Source: Acidobacteriota bacterium
Lineage (GTDB): Bacteria > Acidobacteriota > UBA6911
Direction: 5' to 3'
DNA length: 64,000 bases
Assembly (NCBI GenBank): GCA_963664705.1
Contig: OY761556.1
Coordinates: forward strand, 96,001-160,000
Shown: in pieces, positions 1-9,945 of the stretch
Numbering within the stretch: position 1 is the stretch's first letter
Layout: every line of letters begins with the position of its first letter
Made by a program: the position numbers and the translations under genes
Notes under the pieces: model-generated
What the model was told of the DNA's origin: nothing
Databases searched by the model: none
Seen by the model: the letters and a program-made list of their open reading frames with translations, nothing else

Positions 1-2
1 AG

Positions 3-896
3 AATTGCCGGTTCACTGAAAATGGCGTGCAGTTGCCTTTGGGGAACGAGGGACTCTGGGCAAGCATGGTGGGGAAGGGGACCTACAAGTTCTATGTCCC
101 GGATGTTGAAACCCAGCAAGTCGCCTTTATTGGTACCGCCCGGGAAGAAGCGCAAAACCCGAAGGAAACATCTCCGGTGGCAGTTGCCATTCGGCTCAAA
201 ATTGAGAATGAAAGAATTTCTGAGGCGGAGCAGCTTGTTATCCGGCCGGAAAGCAACCTGTTGAATCCGGGGGCCAAGCGTGGACCTTCTGCTGCAGAGA
301 ATATGGAGAAGATGGGCGCTCCGAATCCGATCTTCACGGAAGTAATACCTGAAGCCGAACGTCCGTCCCGTGAAGAGATGATCAAAACCGCGAATTACTA
401 TTTTTCCGGCATGCAGAAGAATGATGGGAAAGGATTTTATCCTTTCACGGATGATTGTGATCGCTACGAGAATGGGAGCAGGGCGACGAATATTCCCCTG
501 AAACCGGGAGAAAAGAAGCCCGATCCCAAGACGTCGACCGTCTACTCGAGCGCATGGGGCTGCAAGGAGCAGTTCGAATCCGGTCTTATTCATTTCGTGA
601 GCCGAATCCGCGATCGCCGATTTGTTGCGGTCGATCAGGAACGGGGCATTGTATACAGTTTTGGATTCTTCGATCATGGTGCAGGCCAGACGCGTCGCTT
701 CAAAACGCTGGACGGCCGAGATGTGGTGGAAGGTCCGGCTGAACCCTGGACTTGGCAGATTGCGGAATTATTCAAAGTCGAAAAGGGCAAGATCCGACGG
801 ATTGAGGCGGTATTGCAACGATGCCCCTACGGCATGAATTCCGGCTGGAGCACCTACGAAAAAGGTTTATCGGACGAGATCCAAATCATCAAGTAA
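3..896 (+). CDS. 5'-truncated conserved hypothetical protein (DUF8021-like), paralog of 1017..2105
   Basis: Frame is open from base 3 (NCRFTENGVQLPLG...). Shares CRFTENG, NYYFSG, FYPFTDDCDRxENG, RIRDRRF, FFDH and ELFKV...IEA motifs with the next gene. Confidence 0.85.
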   Translation, partial: NCRFTENGVQLPLGNEGLWASMVGKGTYKFYVPDVETQQVAFIGTAREEAQNPKETSPVAVAIRLKIENERISEAEQLVIRPESNLLNPGAKRGPSAAENMEKMGAPNPIFTEVIPEAERPSREEMIKTANYYFSGMQKNDGKGFYPFTDDCDRYENGSRATNIPLKPGEKKPDPKTSTVYSSAWGCKEQFESGLIHFVSRIRDRRFVAVDQERGIVYSFGFFDHGAGQTRRFKTLDGRDVVEGPAEPWTWQIAELFKVEKGKIRRIEAVLQRCPYGMNSGWSTYEKGLSDEIQIIK

Positions 897-948
897 TTGA
901 CGATGTACGATTGACGAATGCAACTAAGACGCCCGGGCATGCCTTTCA

Positions 949-1001
949 ATTCGTCATTCGTCATTCGTCATTCGTCATTCGTCATTCGTAATTCGTAATT
1001 C
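949..1001. repeat. Heptamer tandem repeat (ATTCGTC)5(ATTCGTA)2ATTC
   Basis: Read directly. Degenerate reverse-complement units (GACGAT/GACGAAT) lie at about 899-920. Confidence 0.95.
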
Positions 1002-1016
1002 TGTATGGGGGTTCGG

Positions 1017-2105
1017 ATGAAACGATCTGTCATTGCACTGATCCTGGTTTCTGCGCTTTTTTTCGTCGCCTGCCAAGGCAATGCCCCACAGAGTGCCGTT
1101 CCTCAAACGGTCAGTACTCAGGCTCCCTGTGATCGTGCCTGCCTTGAAAAATACATCGACCAGTATATGGATGCGATGCTCTCGCATGAGCCTGGTCCAG
1201 CGCTCTTTGCCAAGGATTGCCGGTTTACGGAGAACGGGGTTCGACTCCAGCTCGGGGAGGGCCTTTGGTCCAGCATGGCAGGGAAAGGGACTTACAAGTT
1301 CTATATTCCGGATGTGGAGACCCAACAGATTGCGTTCCTGGGCACAGCGCGGGAGGAAGGGTACAAACCGGGGGAAGGGATCCCGGTTACCATAGCGCTG
1401 CGTCTGAAGATACAGAATAGCCGGATCAGTGAAGCGGAACAGCTCGTGTTCAGGGCACAGAACAATCTGTCTGGAGGCGCTCTCGCTTATCTTTCGGAGG
1501 CCGCTGCACAGTTTGAAAAAATCGGGTCTCCGGATAAGGTATATGCCGAAGTGATCCCGGAAGCAAAAAGGCCGCCGCGGGAGGAACTGATCAAAACCGC
1601 GAACTATTATTTCTCCGGGCTCCAGCTGAATGATGGCAAAGGATTCTATCCTTTCACGGATGATTGTGATCGGATCGAAAACGGTGAACTGGCAACCAAT
1701 GTTCCGCTAAAGCCGGGAGAGAAAAGGCCGGATCCGCGAACTGCGGACATGTATTCGAGTGCGTGGAGCTGCCGGGAGCAGTTCGAATCCGGGCTGGCAC
1801 GCTTTATAACCCGTATCCGAGACAGGCGTTTCGTGGCGGCAGACCGCGAGCATGGCGTGGTGTTCAGCTTTGCCTTTTTCGATCATGCCGCCGGAAAGAC
1901 CCGGCGCTACAAAACTCCCAGTGGCCGCGATATCGTCGCCGGCCCTACCGAGCCGTGGACATGGCAGATTGCCGAGCTTTTTAAGGTTGACCAAGGAAAG
2001 ATCCGCCGGATTGAGGCTGTCATGCAAAAAGTCCCGTATGGGATGAATTCCGGCTGGAGCGGCTACGAGCAGGGTATGTCGGATCAGATTCAGATCGTTA
2101 AGTAA
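1017..2105 (+). CDS. Exported protein or lipoprotein, DUF8021-like hypothetical
   Basis: MKRSVIALILVSALFFVAC signal with lipobox-like end; CDRACL...CRFTENG; paralog of the upstream gene. Confidence 0.85.
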   Translation: MKRSVIALILVSALFFVACQGNAPQSAVPQTVSTQAPCDRACLEKYIDQYMDAMLSHEPGPALFAKDCRFTENGVRLQLGEGLWSSMAGKGTYKFYIPDVETQQIAFLGTAREEGYKPGEGIPVTIALRLKIQNSRISEAEQLVFRAQNNLSGGALAYLSEAAAQFEKIGSPDKVYAEVIPEAKRPPREELIKTANYYFSGLQLNDGKGFYPFTDDCDRIENGELATNVPLKPGEKRPDPRTADMYSSAWSCREQFESGLARFITRIRDRRFVAADREHGVVFSFAFFDHAAGKTRRYKTPSGRDIVAGPTEPWTWQIAELFKVDQGKIRRIEAVMQKVPYGMNSGWSGYEQGMSDQIQIVK

Positions 2106-2160
2106 TTGCGAATGACGAATGGACCCACACGGACCGGGTCATTCGTCATTCGCAATTTTT
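2104..2160. terminator. Hairpin or likely bidirectional terminator built from the heptamer repeat
   Basis: AATTGCGAATGACGAAT-G-GACCC...GGGTC-ATTCGTCATTCGCAATT followed by Ts, between convergent genes. Confidence 0.75.
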
Positions 2161-2164
2161 CGGC

Positions 2165-3841
2165 TTAGGAACCGCTGGAGAGAACAGCTGCGGCCTGTGA
2201 ATGGCCGTTTCCGGCCAGGCGCTCTTTCGCTTCTTCCCTCAATTTGAACTTCTGCACTTTACCGCTTGCGGTCAACGGGTAGTCATTTGTGAAAAAGATG
2301 AATTTGGGAATTTTGTACCGCGCGATTTTCCCGCGGCAGAAATCCTGAATTTCGCTCGGCTCCAGAACGGCGCCTTCGTGCAACTGGACAAACGCGGCGG
2401 CTTCTTCGCCGTATTTTTCGCTGGGTACGGCAACGATCTGAACGTCTCGGATGCTCTGGATCCCCCGCATGAAATCTTCCACTTCCTTCGGGTAGATGTT
2501 TTCGCCTCCGCGGATGATCACGTCTTTCAGCCGGCCGGTGATACGGATGTAGCCATCCTCATCTTCGACCGCCTGATCGCCGGTCCGGAGCCATCCGTCC
2601 GGGCTGATGGCCTCAGCCGTCTGCTGCGGCAGCTTATAATATCCCTTCATGGTGTTGTATCCGCGGGAGCAGAGCTCTCCGTGTTGTCCCGGGGGAAGCG
2701 TTTGACCGGTTTCCGGATTGATGATTTTTACTTCCACTCCGTCGAAGGCTTTTCCAACGGTTGAAACTCTCACCTGAACCGGATCATCTGTCCGTGTTTG
2801 GGTAATGCCTGGAGAGGCTTCGGTCAGCCCGTAGACGATCGTGATTTCACGACAGTTCATCTTGTCCATCACGCGCTCCATAACCGGTTCCGGACAGGGC
2901 GAGCCTGCCATGATTCCGGTTCGCAGCGAGGACATATCGAACATGTTGAACATCGGATGTGTCAGTTCAGCGATAAACATCGTGGGAACGCCGTACAGCG
3001 CCGTGCAACGTTCTTTCTGCACAACGGCAAGCACCATCAGCGGATCGAATGTCTCCAGTGGACAGACGGTGGCGGAGTGGGTGAGGACCGCCATAACTCC
3101 CAGGGTAATGCCGAAGCAGTGAAACAGAGGCACCGGGAGGCACAGTCGGTCTTCTCCCGTGAAGCGCTGGCGATCGCCGATCGACAATCCGTTATTGATG
3201 ATCCCGTAGTGGGTAAGCATTACACCCTTCGGGAAGCCGGTGGTTCCTGATGTGTATTGCATGTTTACGGTGTCATGCGTGTCGAGGCTTGTCTTTACCT
3301 TGCTAAATTCCTGATCGCTCGGTTTGCCGGGGGCATCCATAACCTCATCAAAGCTGTACATCCCTCGATGCTGGCGGGGGCCGATATAAACCACGGTTTT
3401 CAGGAAAGGGAAGCGCGCACTTTCCAGCTGGCCTTTCGGCATCGTCTTTAGTTCCGGTACCAGGTCGTAGACCGCCTGCACATAATCGGTATCGCGGTAG
3501 CCATCGATTAAAAACAAAGCCTTCATGTCGGATTGCATGACCACGTATTCAAGCTCGGACGGCCGATAACTGGTGTTTACCGTTACCAGGATGGCTCCGA
3601 CGCGCGCGGTCGCGAAGAATACCGTGAGCCAATCAGGTACATTGGTGGCCCAAATTCCGACGTGATCCCCCTTGCGGATTCCCAGGGCATACATGCCTTT
3701 CGCAAGATCTTCTACACGGGCGTTAAAAGCGCGGTACGAGTATTTAAGGTCCCTATCCGAATAAACGACGGCATCACGTTCTGGATATTTTTGCGCGGTC
3801 TCTTCGAGCAAACCACCCACTGTACAGTTTAGGAATTCCAC
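2165..3841 (-). CDS. AMP-binding acyl-CoA synthetase
   Basis: YTSGTTGFPKG P-loop, YGLTE, TGD, GRLKDVIIRGGENIYP, SGKVQK. GTG start at 3841 after GGAGG. Confidence 0.93.
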   Translation of the reverse strand: MEFLNCTVGGLLEETAQKYPERDAVVYSDRDLKYSYRAFNARVEDLAKGMYALGIRKGDHVGIWATNVPDWLTVFFATARVGAILVTVNTSYRPSELEYVVMQSDMKALFLIDGYRDTDYVQAVYDLVPELKTMPKGQLESARFPFLKTVVYIGPRQHRGMYSFDEVMDAPGKPSDQEFSKVKTSLDTHDTVNMQYTSGTTGFPKGVMLTHYGIINNGLSIGDRQRFTGEDRLCLPVPLFHCFGITLGVMAVLTHSATVCPLETFDPLMVLAVVQKERCTALYGVPTMFIAELTHPMFNMFDMSSLRTGIMAGSPCPEPVMERVMDKMNCREITIVYGLTEASPGITQTRTDDPVQVRVSTVGKAFDGVEVKIINPETGQTLPPGQHGELCSRGYNTMKGYYKLPQQTAEAISPDGWLRTGDQAVEDEDGYIRITGRLKDVIIRGGENIYPKEVEDFMRGIQSIRDVQIVAVPSEKYGEEAAAFVQLHEGAVLEPSEIQDFCRGKIARYKIPKFIFFTNDYPLTASGKVQKFKLREEAKERLAGNGHSQAAAVLSSGS

Positions 3842-3941
3842 TTCTGCCTCCACAAAAGCGTCTATGTTGACCGCGGATCTGTTTGCATGCAAGCTTTTTC
3901 TCAAAGCTCGCTCACCCATCGTTTGCGCTATACTTTGTCCC

Positions 3942-5156
3942 ATGAAACGATCCGGGTTTGCCGATCTCCCCCTTCACGGAGGAAGAGTGCCTCCGTGGCT
4001 CGCGGAGCGCATGACCGCCATGGGAACAGCCATTGTAGAAGCGATCCTGTACCACTATGGCCATTCCGCCCTGTTGTCCCGTATGGCCGATCCGTTTTGG
4101 TTCCAGGCGCTTGGTTCCGTCATGGGAATGGACTGGCACTCCTCCGGTATAACAACATCGGTAATGGGGGCGCTAAAGCGGGGCCTGGTATCAAAGTCTG
4201 ATGAACTGGGACTCTATATCTGCGGTGGAAGAGGCAAGCATTCCCGGAAGACCCCGGATGAACTGAGGGCCATTGCCGAGCGTAAGGGATTGGATGGGGA
4301 GCGCCTGGTGCAAACGAGCCGGTTGACGGCTCGCATCGACAATAATGCGATTGCCGATGGATTTCAGATTTACTTGCATACCCTGACTCTCAGTTCAAAA
4401 GGTGAATGGACGGTTGTTCAGCAGGGAATGAACGAACAGAGCGGCATGGCACGCCGATATCACTGGCATTCCGCGTCCGTCAAAGATTTCACCTCCGAAC
4501 CCCATACCGGAATTGTGGGGGAGCATCAAGGCACCATTCTGAATCTGGTTGACGCCGAGGCCAAAGCTGCGCAGGCGGCACTCCTTGCAATTGCAAAGGA
4601 ACACCCGGACTCAACCCTGAAAACAGCCCGTCAATTGCTGGTTCCGAGGCGACACGACGTCAGAGCCGAGGATGTTGACCTGAAGCGGTTGGGTGCCGTA
4701 TTGGCGGTTGCGTATGAACGGGATTTTCGTGATTTTGCCTCTCTTCTTCTTCTGGAAAATCTTGGGCCCCGGACCCTCCAGTCACTCGCACTGATTGCCG
4801 AAGTTGTTCACGGAGCCCCCACGCGCTTCTCCGATCCGGCGCGTTTTTCTTTCTCTCTGGGAGGTAAGGACCGCCACCCCTTCCCTGTGCCATTGAAAAC
4901 GTATGACGAATCCATCTCTGTGCTCCGGACATCGCTGGATAGGGCAAAGGTGGGAGATAATGAAAAGCTGGAGGGCTTTCGCCGGCTTGAGCGATTTTCC
5001 CGCACAATCGAAGAACGGTTCGATCCCCGGGCCGATTTTCACGCGACGATTGTCCATGAAAAGGCCATCTCATCGCAGTATGGCGGAAGAAGCGTCTTTG
5101 ATGATGTGAAGAAAAGATCCGATAAGCGCAAATCGAGGCAACTCACCCTATTTTGA
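3942..5156 (+). CDS. DUF763 domain protein
   Basis: ADLPLHGGRVPPWL, DPFWFQALGSVMGMDWHSSGITT, VVQQGMN, RRYHW, GPRTLQSLAL, GGKD. Confidence 0.88.
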   Translation: MKRSGFADLPLHGGRVPPWLAERMTAMGTAIVEAILYHYGHSALLSRMADPFWFQALGSVMGMDWHSSGITTSVMGALKRGLVSKSDELGLYICGGRGKHSRKTPDELRAIAERKGLDGERLVQTSRLTARIDNNAIADGFQIYLHTLTLSSKGEWTVVQQGMNEQSGMARRYHWHSASVKDFTSEPHTGIVGEHQGTILNLVDAEAKAAQAALLAIAKEHPDSTLKTARQLLVPRRHDVRAEDVDLKRLGAVLAVAYERDFRDFASLLLLENLGPRTLQSLALIAEVVHGAPTRFSDPARFSFSLGGKDRHPFPVPLKTYDESISVLRTSLDRAKVGDNEKLEGFRRLERFSRTIEERFDPRADFHATIVHEKAISSQYGGRSVFDDVKKRSDKRKSRQLTLF

Positions 5157-5234
5157 TCCCAATCGGAGTTATCCCCATTTCCCTTTTTTAGCGTTGAGGG
5201 CGTGACCCCAAAAGTGAAAAAGGGATGGTCTGGA

Positions 5235-7019
5235 CTAAACTTCAAGGCCGATGGAACGCATCAATTCCAGGGCGTTGCTTTTTCGGACAATTCCGGGAAG
5301 CAGGTGGTAATCGAAGACCATCCGGCCATCCTCAATGTGATCCTCAAAATGGACATTGACGGCATGGGGGGCGAGCACGTCCGCAATGTGAGCCAAAGCC
5401 AGATCATGTGTGGTAAGCAAGCCGATGGCTCCTTTGCGCACGAGTCCCTTAATCACGGCCTCGGCGCCGATTCTGCGATCATGAGAGTTGGTTCCATGAA
5501 GCAGTTCATCCAACAGGAACAGCAGCGGAATCGAGCCGTCGGCAATAGCTACGAGTTTCCGGAGTCGCGTAATCTCCGCATAAAATCTTGAGGTGCCGCT
5601 GTGCAGTGAATCCATAACGCGAATGGATGCCCCGAGGGCCAGTGGAGTAATCCGCAGTTGATGGGCCCTAACCGGAGCTCCGGCCAGAGCCAGTACGGCA
5701 TTGATCCCCACGGTACGCAGGAGCGTACTCTTGCCCGACATATTGGATCCGCTAATGACAAATACCTGAATGTCTCCGGTAAGATGGACATCATTGCGAA
5801 TACACCCTCTTTCGGGAATCAGAGGGTGACCGAGTCCCTCGCCTTCAAAGCGGAGTCCTTCCTCGGATATTTCGGGGAACGGATCGTCCGGATGCTCATA
5901 GGAATATCCGGCAAGAGAAGAGATCGCCTCCAGTTCCGCCACGGCTGAGAGCCAGGTGGCGATGGAGCGTCCATGATTTTTTCGCCAGTCCTCAACGAGA
6001 TATGCGAGCTGCACTTCCCACAACAAAACCAGGGCGATCGGGGCGAAAAGTGCATTTCTCCTGGAATCGAGCAGCACGATGAGTCGGTTGAGACGCGAAA
6101 TCAGCCTGGAGGGAGGTGTTCCGGCGGAATCCAGCCTGGAGCGCAGCATTTGCAAATGAGATGTCTTGAAGGATTCTCTTTCCAGACGGTCAAGAATGGA
6201 AGAGAGCAGTTCAAGATCACGGCCCGCACTTTCAACGGCAAGGACAATGGGGCCAATCGTGTGTCTGTGCAAAAACACAAAAAGCAGCTGGATAAGGATG
6301 CCAAGAAGGAACCACTGGTGATATCCGGTTGCGATCCACACTCCGATGGATGCCAGGACCAGGCATGTCAGAATTGCAGCCAGGATCCGTATTGAATTTG
6401 ATCGAAAGCGCGCGGGGGCTTCGCCCCAGCGGATCAGCGGCTCTGGATGGACTCCTGTCCTTACTTCCGTCCCCAGCACGGCCAGGTCTTCGCGTAGATC
6501 CAGATCGGAGCGAAGTTCCTTTACGGCTTCCTGTCTGCTTCTGATTCCGCCGGCATCGGCGGGTGCTTTCAGCCAATGAGCGAGCAGCGATTCTCCCGCA
6601 TGGGTGCGCGCGCTGCACAACAGCTCAAAGAGCGAACCTTTGCCGAACAGGTCCAGGTCATCCGCATAAGGATGATCCGGATCTTTGAACCGGTCGCCTG
6701 CCTCTCCCGATCCTTCCCATTTCTCGTCGAGCCTTGCAATGCCACGGGCATAGAAGTCCGCGGCACGGCCGCGCTTCTGCAGTTTCTGAAGAACGCTGCC
6801 ATGCCATGCCACTAATCCGATGAAAACAAAAAAGGGGAAAATAAGATACCAGGGCGAGATCAGTTCGGATTTGAATGCAAACCAGGCGAGGATTGCGGCG
6901 ACGATAAACGTGAGAAGCCGCAGGTTGCCGATTTGGTGATGCCGGGCATCCAATTTAGCGGCGGAGTGCCGTCTTTGTTCCAGTCGCCTGCAATATTCGG
7001 ATCTAGGGTCTGAACTCAT
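5235..7019 (-). CDS. Membrane-anchored MutS-like ATPase (domain V only, no mismatch-binding domain)
   Basis: GSNMSGKST Walker A, SRFYAE, LLDELLHGTNS, TTHDL; hydrophobic helices in the N-terminal half. Confidence 0.9.
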   Translation of the reverse strand: MSSDPRSEYCRRLEQRRHSAAKLDARHHQIGNLRLLTFIVAAILAWFAFKSELISPWYLIFPFFVFIGLVAWHGSVLQKLQKRGRAADFYARGIARLDEKWEGSGEAGDRFKDPDHPYADDLDLFGKGSLFELLCSARTHAGESLLAHWLKAPADAGGIRSRQEAVKELRSDLDLREDLAVLGTEVRTGVHPEPLIRWGEAPARFRSNSIRILAAILTCLVLASIGVWIATGYHQWFLLGILIQLLFVFLHRHTIGPIVLAVESAGRDLELLSSILDRLERESFKTSHLQMLRSRLDSAGTPPSRLISRLNRLIVLLDSRRNALFAPIALVLLWEVQLAYLVEDWRKNHGRSIATWLSAVAELEAISSLAGYSYEHPDDPFPEISEEGLRFEGEGLGHPLIPERGCIRNDVHLTGDIQVFVISGSNMSGKSTLLRTVGINAVLALAGAPVRAHQLRITPLALGASIRVMDSLHSGTSRFYAEITRLRKLVAIADGSIPLLFLLDELLHGTNSHDRRIGAEAVIKGLVRKGAIGLLTTHDLALAHIADVLAPHAVNVHFEDHIEDGRMVFDYHLLPGIVRKSNALELMRSIGLEV

Positions 7020-7172
7020 TCGCAATTCCATCCGCCAGGGGCATTTATTTCTTCACTGTTCCGGAAGCCTGATGCTAGATTGAGCGGATCAGGTTCAGCA
7101 TAAGTAAATCACAGCCGCGGAAGAATCTAAAATGCCATCTGGCGTTCCGGCGGCAATCGTGTGGAGGGCGCG

Positions 7173-7745
7173 ATGAGGATCTTAGGTATCGTGGGCAGTC
7201 CGAGGAAAAACGGTAATACAGAAATTCTGATGAATGAGGCATTAAAAGTTGCCCGGGATGCCGGCTGCGAAACCGAAATTTTTCTGATGTCCGAAAAACA
7301 GGTGGCCCCCTGCGTCGCCTGTTACGGATGTTTCAAGGTAGGGTCCTGCGTGGTTCAGGATGATATGCAGGAGCTCTATAAGATGATGGAACGGGCCGAT
7401 GGGATCATCTTCGGGAGCCCGGTCTACTTTGGCAGCATTACCGCACAGGCGAAAGCGGTTATGGACAGAATGTTTGCTCTGCTCCGACAGCGGTCACTGA
7501 AAGACAAAGTGGCTGCGGCTCTCGTTGTAACCCGGAGAGTGGGGGCCATTCAGGCCAGGTCGCTCCTGTATGGATTTTGCATCGCGCAAGGAATGATTGT
7601 GTCCGGCGGCGCTATTGGCTACGGAAGAGAAGCCGGGGATGTTTTTACGGGAGTAGGCGGCGGTATCGATATGACCGCGATGGAGGAAACACGCGTCATG
7701 GCCTCCGGCCTTGTCCGGCTGGTCAAGAAACTCGGTCGTGAATAG
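7173..7745 (+). CDS. Flavodoxin-fold iron-sulfur flavoprotein / NADPH-dependent FMN reductase family
   Basis: GSPRKNGNT, CxxCxxCxxxxxC, SPVYFG. Confidence 0.9.
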   Translation: MRILGIVGSPRKNGNTEILMNEALKVARDAGCETEIFLMSEKQVAPCVACYGCFKVGSCVVQDDMQELYKMMERADGIIFGSPVYFGSITAQAKAVMDRMFALLRQRSLKDKVAAALVVTRRVGAIQARSLLYGFCIAQGMIVSGGAIGYGREAGDVFTGVGGGIDMTAMEETRVMASGLVRLVKKLGRE

Positions 7746-7757
7746 TGCTTCGGGCGG

Positions 7758-7802
7758 TTGGATTCGTGGAACCAGTGGTGGCTCCTGATTCCACGAATCC
7801 AA
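7758..7802. terminator. Inverted repeat between convergent genes
   Basis: TTGGATTCGTGGAACCAG...CTGATTCCACGAATCCAA. Confidence 0.7.
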
Positions 7803-7809
7803 TTGCCTG

Positions 7810-8601
7810 CTATCGCAATTGGGAGGATGGCTTCCAGCCGCCATTGATGGCGAGCACTTCTCCCGTAATATAGGACGCCGCATCCGAAGCCAGGAAAACC
7901 GCGGACTGGGCGATATCTTCCGGTTCAGCCAGCCGTCCCAGCGGGACCATCCCGGCATTCTGTTTTTCAAGCTGAGGGTCTTTCCAGAAAGGCGCGTTAA
8001 ATTCCGTCTTAACGATCCCTGGAGCGATCGCATTCACCCGGATGCGATGTTCAGCCAGTTCCAACGCAAGTTGCCGGGTCAGCATGATAATTCCCGCTTT
8101 AGATACCGAATAGGCTCCGCCTCCCGGGCCAGGCGTCAAGCCTACCTGCGAAGACATATTGATAATGCTGCCGCTTTTTCTCGGAATCATGACCTTGCCG
8201 ACCGCCTGGCAGCAAAGATACGTTCCCTTGAGATTTGTGTCGATCACCTTATCCCAATGCTCCTCGCTACACTCGACCAGCGTCTCTCCCGGAATCCAGA
8301 CTCCGGCGCAGTTGACCAGGATGTCGACCTTTCCAAACGAATCCATGACGCGGCTGACCATGGCATTCACTTCTCCCGGTTGAGAAATATCGCCCTTGAG
8401 CGCAAGCGCCTTTGAGCCGGAGTTGCGCATGGCCTCTGCAGTTTTTTCAAGCAATCCGTCCGTGGTTGAGATATCGCAGACAGCAATGTCTGCCCCTGCT
8501 TCCGCCAGGGCCATGGCGATGGCCATACCAATGCCACGCCTGCCCCCTGTTACAATGGCGCATCTTCCCTTAAGACAGTCTCGTTTCATTGCGGATTCCA
8601 T
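7810..8601 (-). CDS. SDR family oxidoreductase
   Basis: TGGRRGIG, NCAG, YSVSK, VNAIAPG. Confidence 0.93.
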   Translation of the reverse strand: MESAMKRDCLKGRCAIVTGGRRGIGMAIAMALAEAGADIAVCDISTTDGLLEKTAEAMRNSGSKALALKGDISQPGEVNAMVSRVMDSFGKVDILVNCAGVWIPGETLVECSEEHWDKVIDTNLKGTYLCCQAVGKVMIPRKSGSIINMSSQVGLTPGPGGGAYSVSKAGIIMLTRQLALELAEHRIRVNAIAPGIVKTEFNAPFWKDPQLEKQNAGMVPLGRLAEPEDIAQSAVFLASDAASYITGEVLAINGGWKPSSQLR

Positions 8602-8700
8602 ATGGGATCATCCTGGATTAAGGATTATAATCAGCATCTTTGGGATTGTACCCTCTACACAAAGCCTAAATAACTTAACACTTCAGCAGAGGAGTTGAAA

Positions 8701-9519
8701 ATGAATCGATCACGTTCTTTCCGTTGGATTATTATGGCCGCCGGATTATTCCTCTTGAGTGCCTGCGTTCTCATGCACGCGCAGGAAAAGGGCGGGTATC
8801 AGCCGCAGGTCGGCCAGCAGGGCAAGGATGTGGTCTGGGTTCCAACACAACAGGATCTTGTTGATAGAATGCTGGCGATGGCAAGAGTCACGGCGCAGGA
8901 TTATGTCATTGATCTCGGCTCAGGGGATGGACGTACCGTCATTACGGCCGCTAAGCTCGGAGCGCAGGCTCTTGGGATCGAATACAATCCCGATATGGTT
9001 GAGCTTTCCAAACGCAATGCGGCGGAGGCAGGCGTGGGCGCCAAGGCCGCTTTCATCAAAGCCGATCTGTTTGAAAGCGATTTCTCAAAAGCTACCGTTA
9101 TCACAATGTTTCTGCTTCCCGATATCAACCTTCGTTTGAGGCCCAGACTTCTCAACCTTAAGCCGGGAACTCGCATCGTTTCGAATAGCTTTACCATGGA
9201 GGACTGGGAAGCTGATGGAACAGTGGCGCTGGAAAACGGCTGTATCAGTTGGTGTACCGCCTATCTTTGGATTATTCCCGCGAAGGTGGAAGGGAAATGG
9301 CAATTTGCCAACGGTTCGCTGGATCTGACGCAGACTTTTCAGATGATTAGTGGAAAACTGGAGACCGGCGGACAAACCAGCACAGTCCGAGGGAAGCTCA
9401 GTGGAAACAATATCAGTTTTCAGGCGGGCTCGGATGAGTATGAAGGCAAAGTCGAAGGTGATGTAATCACTATCAGCTCAAAGTCAGGCAGCAGCATTCG
9501 CGCCACCAGACTTCGCTAA
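8701..9519 (+). CDS. Class I SAM-dependent methyltransferase with N-terminal signal peptide
   Basis: DVVWVPT, IDLGSGDGR, GIEY, LKPGTRIVS; hydrophobic N-terminus. Confidence 0.85.
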   Translation: MNRSRSFRWIIMAAGLFLLSACVLMHAQEKGGYQPQVGQQGKDVVWVPTQQDLVDRMLAMARVTAQDYVIDLGSGDGRTVITAAKLGAQALGIEYNPDMVELSKRNAAEAGVGAKAAFIKADLFESDFSKATVITMFLLPDINLRLRPRLLNLKPGTRIVSNSFTMEDWEADGTVALENGCISWCTAYLWIIPAKVEGKWQFANGSLDLTQTFQMISGKLETGGQTSTVRGKLSGNNISFQAGSDEYEGKVEGDVITISSKSGSSIRATRLR

Positions 9520-9527
9520 AGATCACG

Positions 9528-9551
9528 CTGGGAGCGCGTCAGCGCTCCCAG
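9528..9551. terminator. Perfect 10-bp stem hairpin between convergent genes
   Basis: CTGGGAGCGC-GTCA-GCGCTCCCAG. Confidence 0.6.
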
Positions 9552-9567
9552 TCGGTCCCTGGACCTG

Positions 9568-9945
9568 CTACACGGATGAGGGTGACTGCTCAGCAAGAAC
9601 CTCACCCAGCCGCTCAATAAGCAATCCGCAGTTTCTGGAAATCTCGTCGATTTCTTCTTTTGTAATCTCGTCGATGTGAATGCCGGCAATGGCACAAACC
9701 GGTATTTTCAGCCGCCGGCAAAGCATGTGCGCTGCCGTGTAGGCAATGATGTCATCTTTGTGCCCGAGCCTGGTGAGGACAGATACCGATGCTCGGTTTT
9801 CGGCGGCGCTGTATTCCGCAACCGCGACAGCGCCCACATGCGCCTGATCGTTTGAGATAAAAACCACCAGGTCATTGCCTACCGGCCTGGTGACAAGATG
9901 CACGCGAGTGCGGTTTGTCCCTTCGCTCAGAGATACCGATTTCAT
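9568..9945 (-). CDS. lpdD: Prenylated-flavin chaperone LpdD-like protein
   Basis: HVGAV, GHKDD, AGIHID motifs; ATGA overlap with the ubiX stop. Confidence 0.7.
   Translation of the reverse strand: MKSVSLSEGTNRTRVHLVTRPVGNDLVVFISNDQAHVGAVAVAEYSAAENRASVSVLTRLGHKDDIIAYTAAHMLCRRLKIPVCAIAGIHIDEITKEEIDEISRNCGLLIERLGEVLAEQSPSSV

Noticed and set aside
3842-3943. Overlapping N-terminal extensions of the divergent ORFs 2165..3943 and 3864..5156
   Set aside because: RBS and family motifs support starts at 3841 and 3942, leaving a normal divergent promoter gap.
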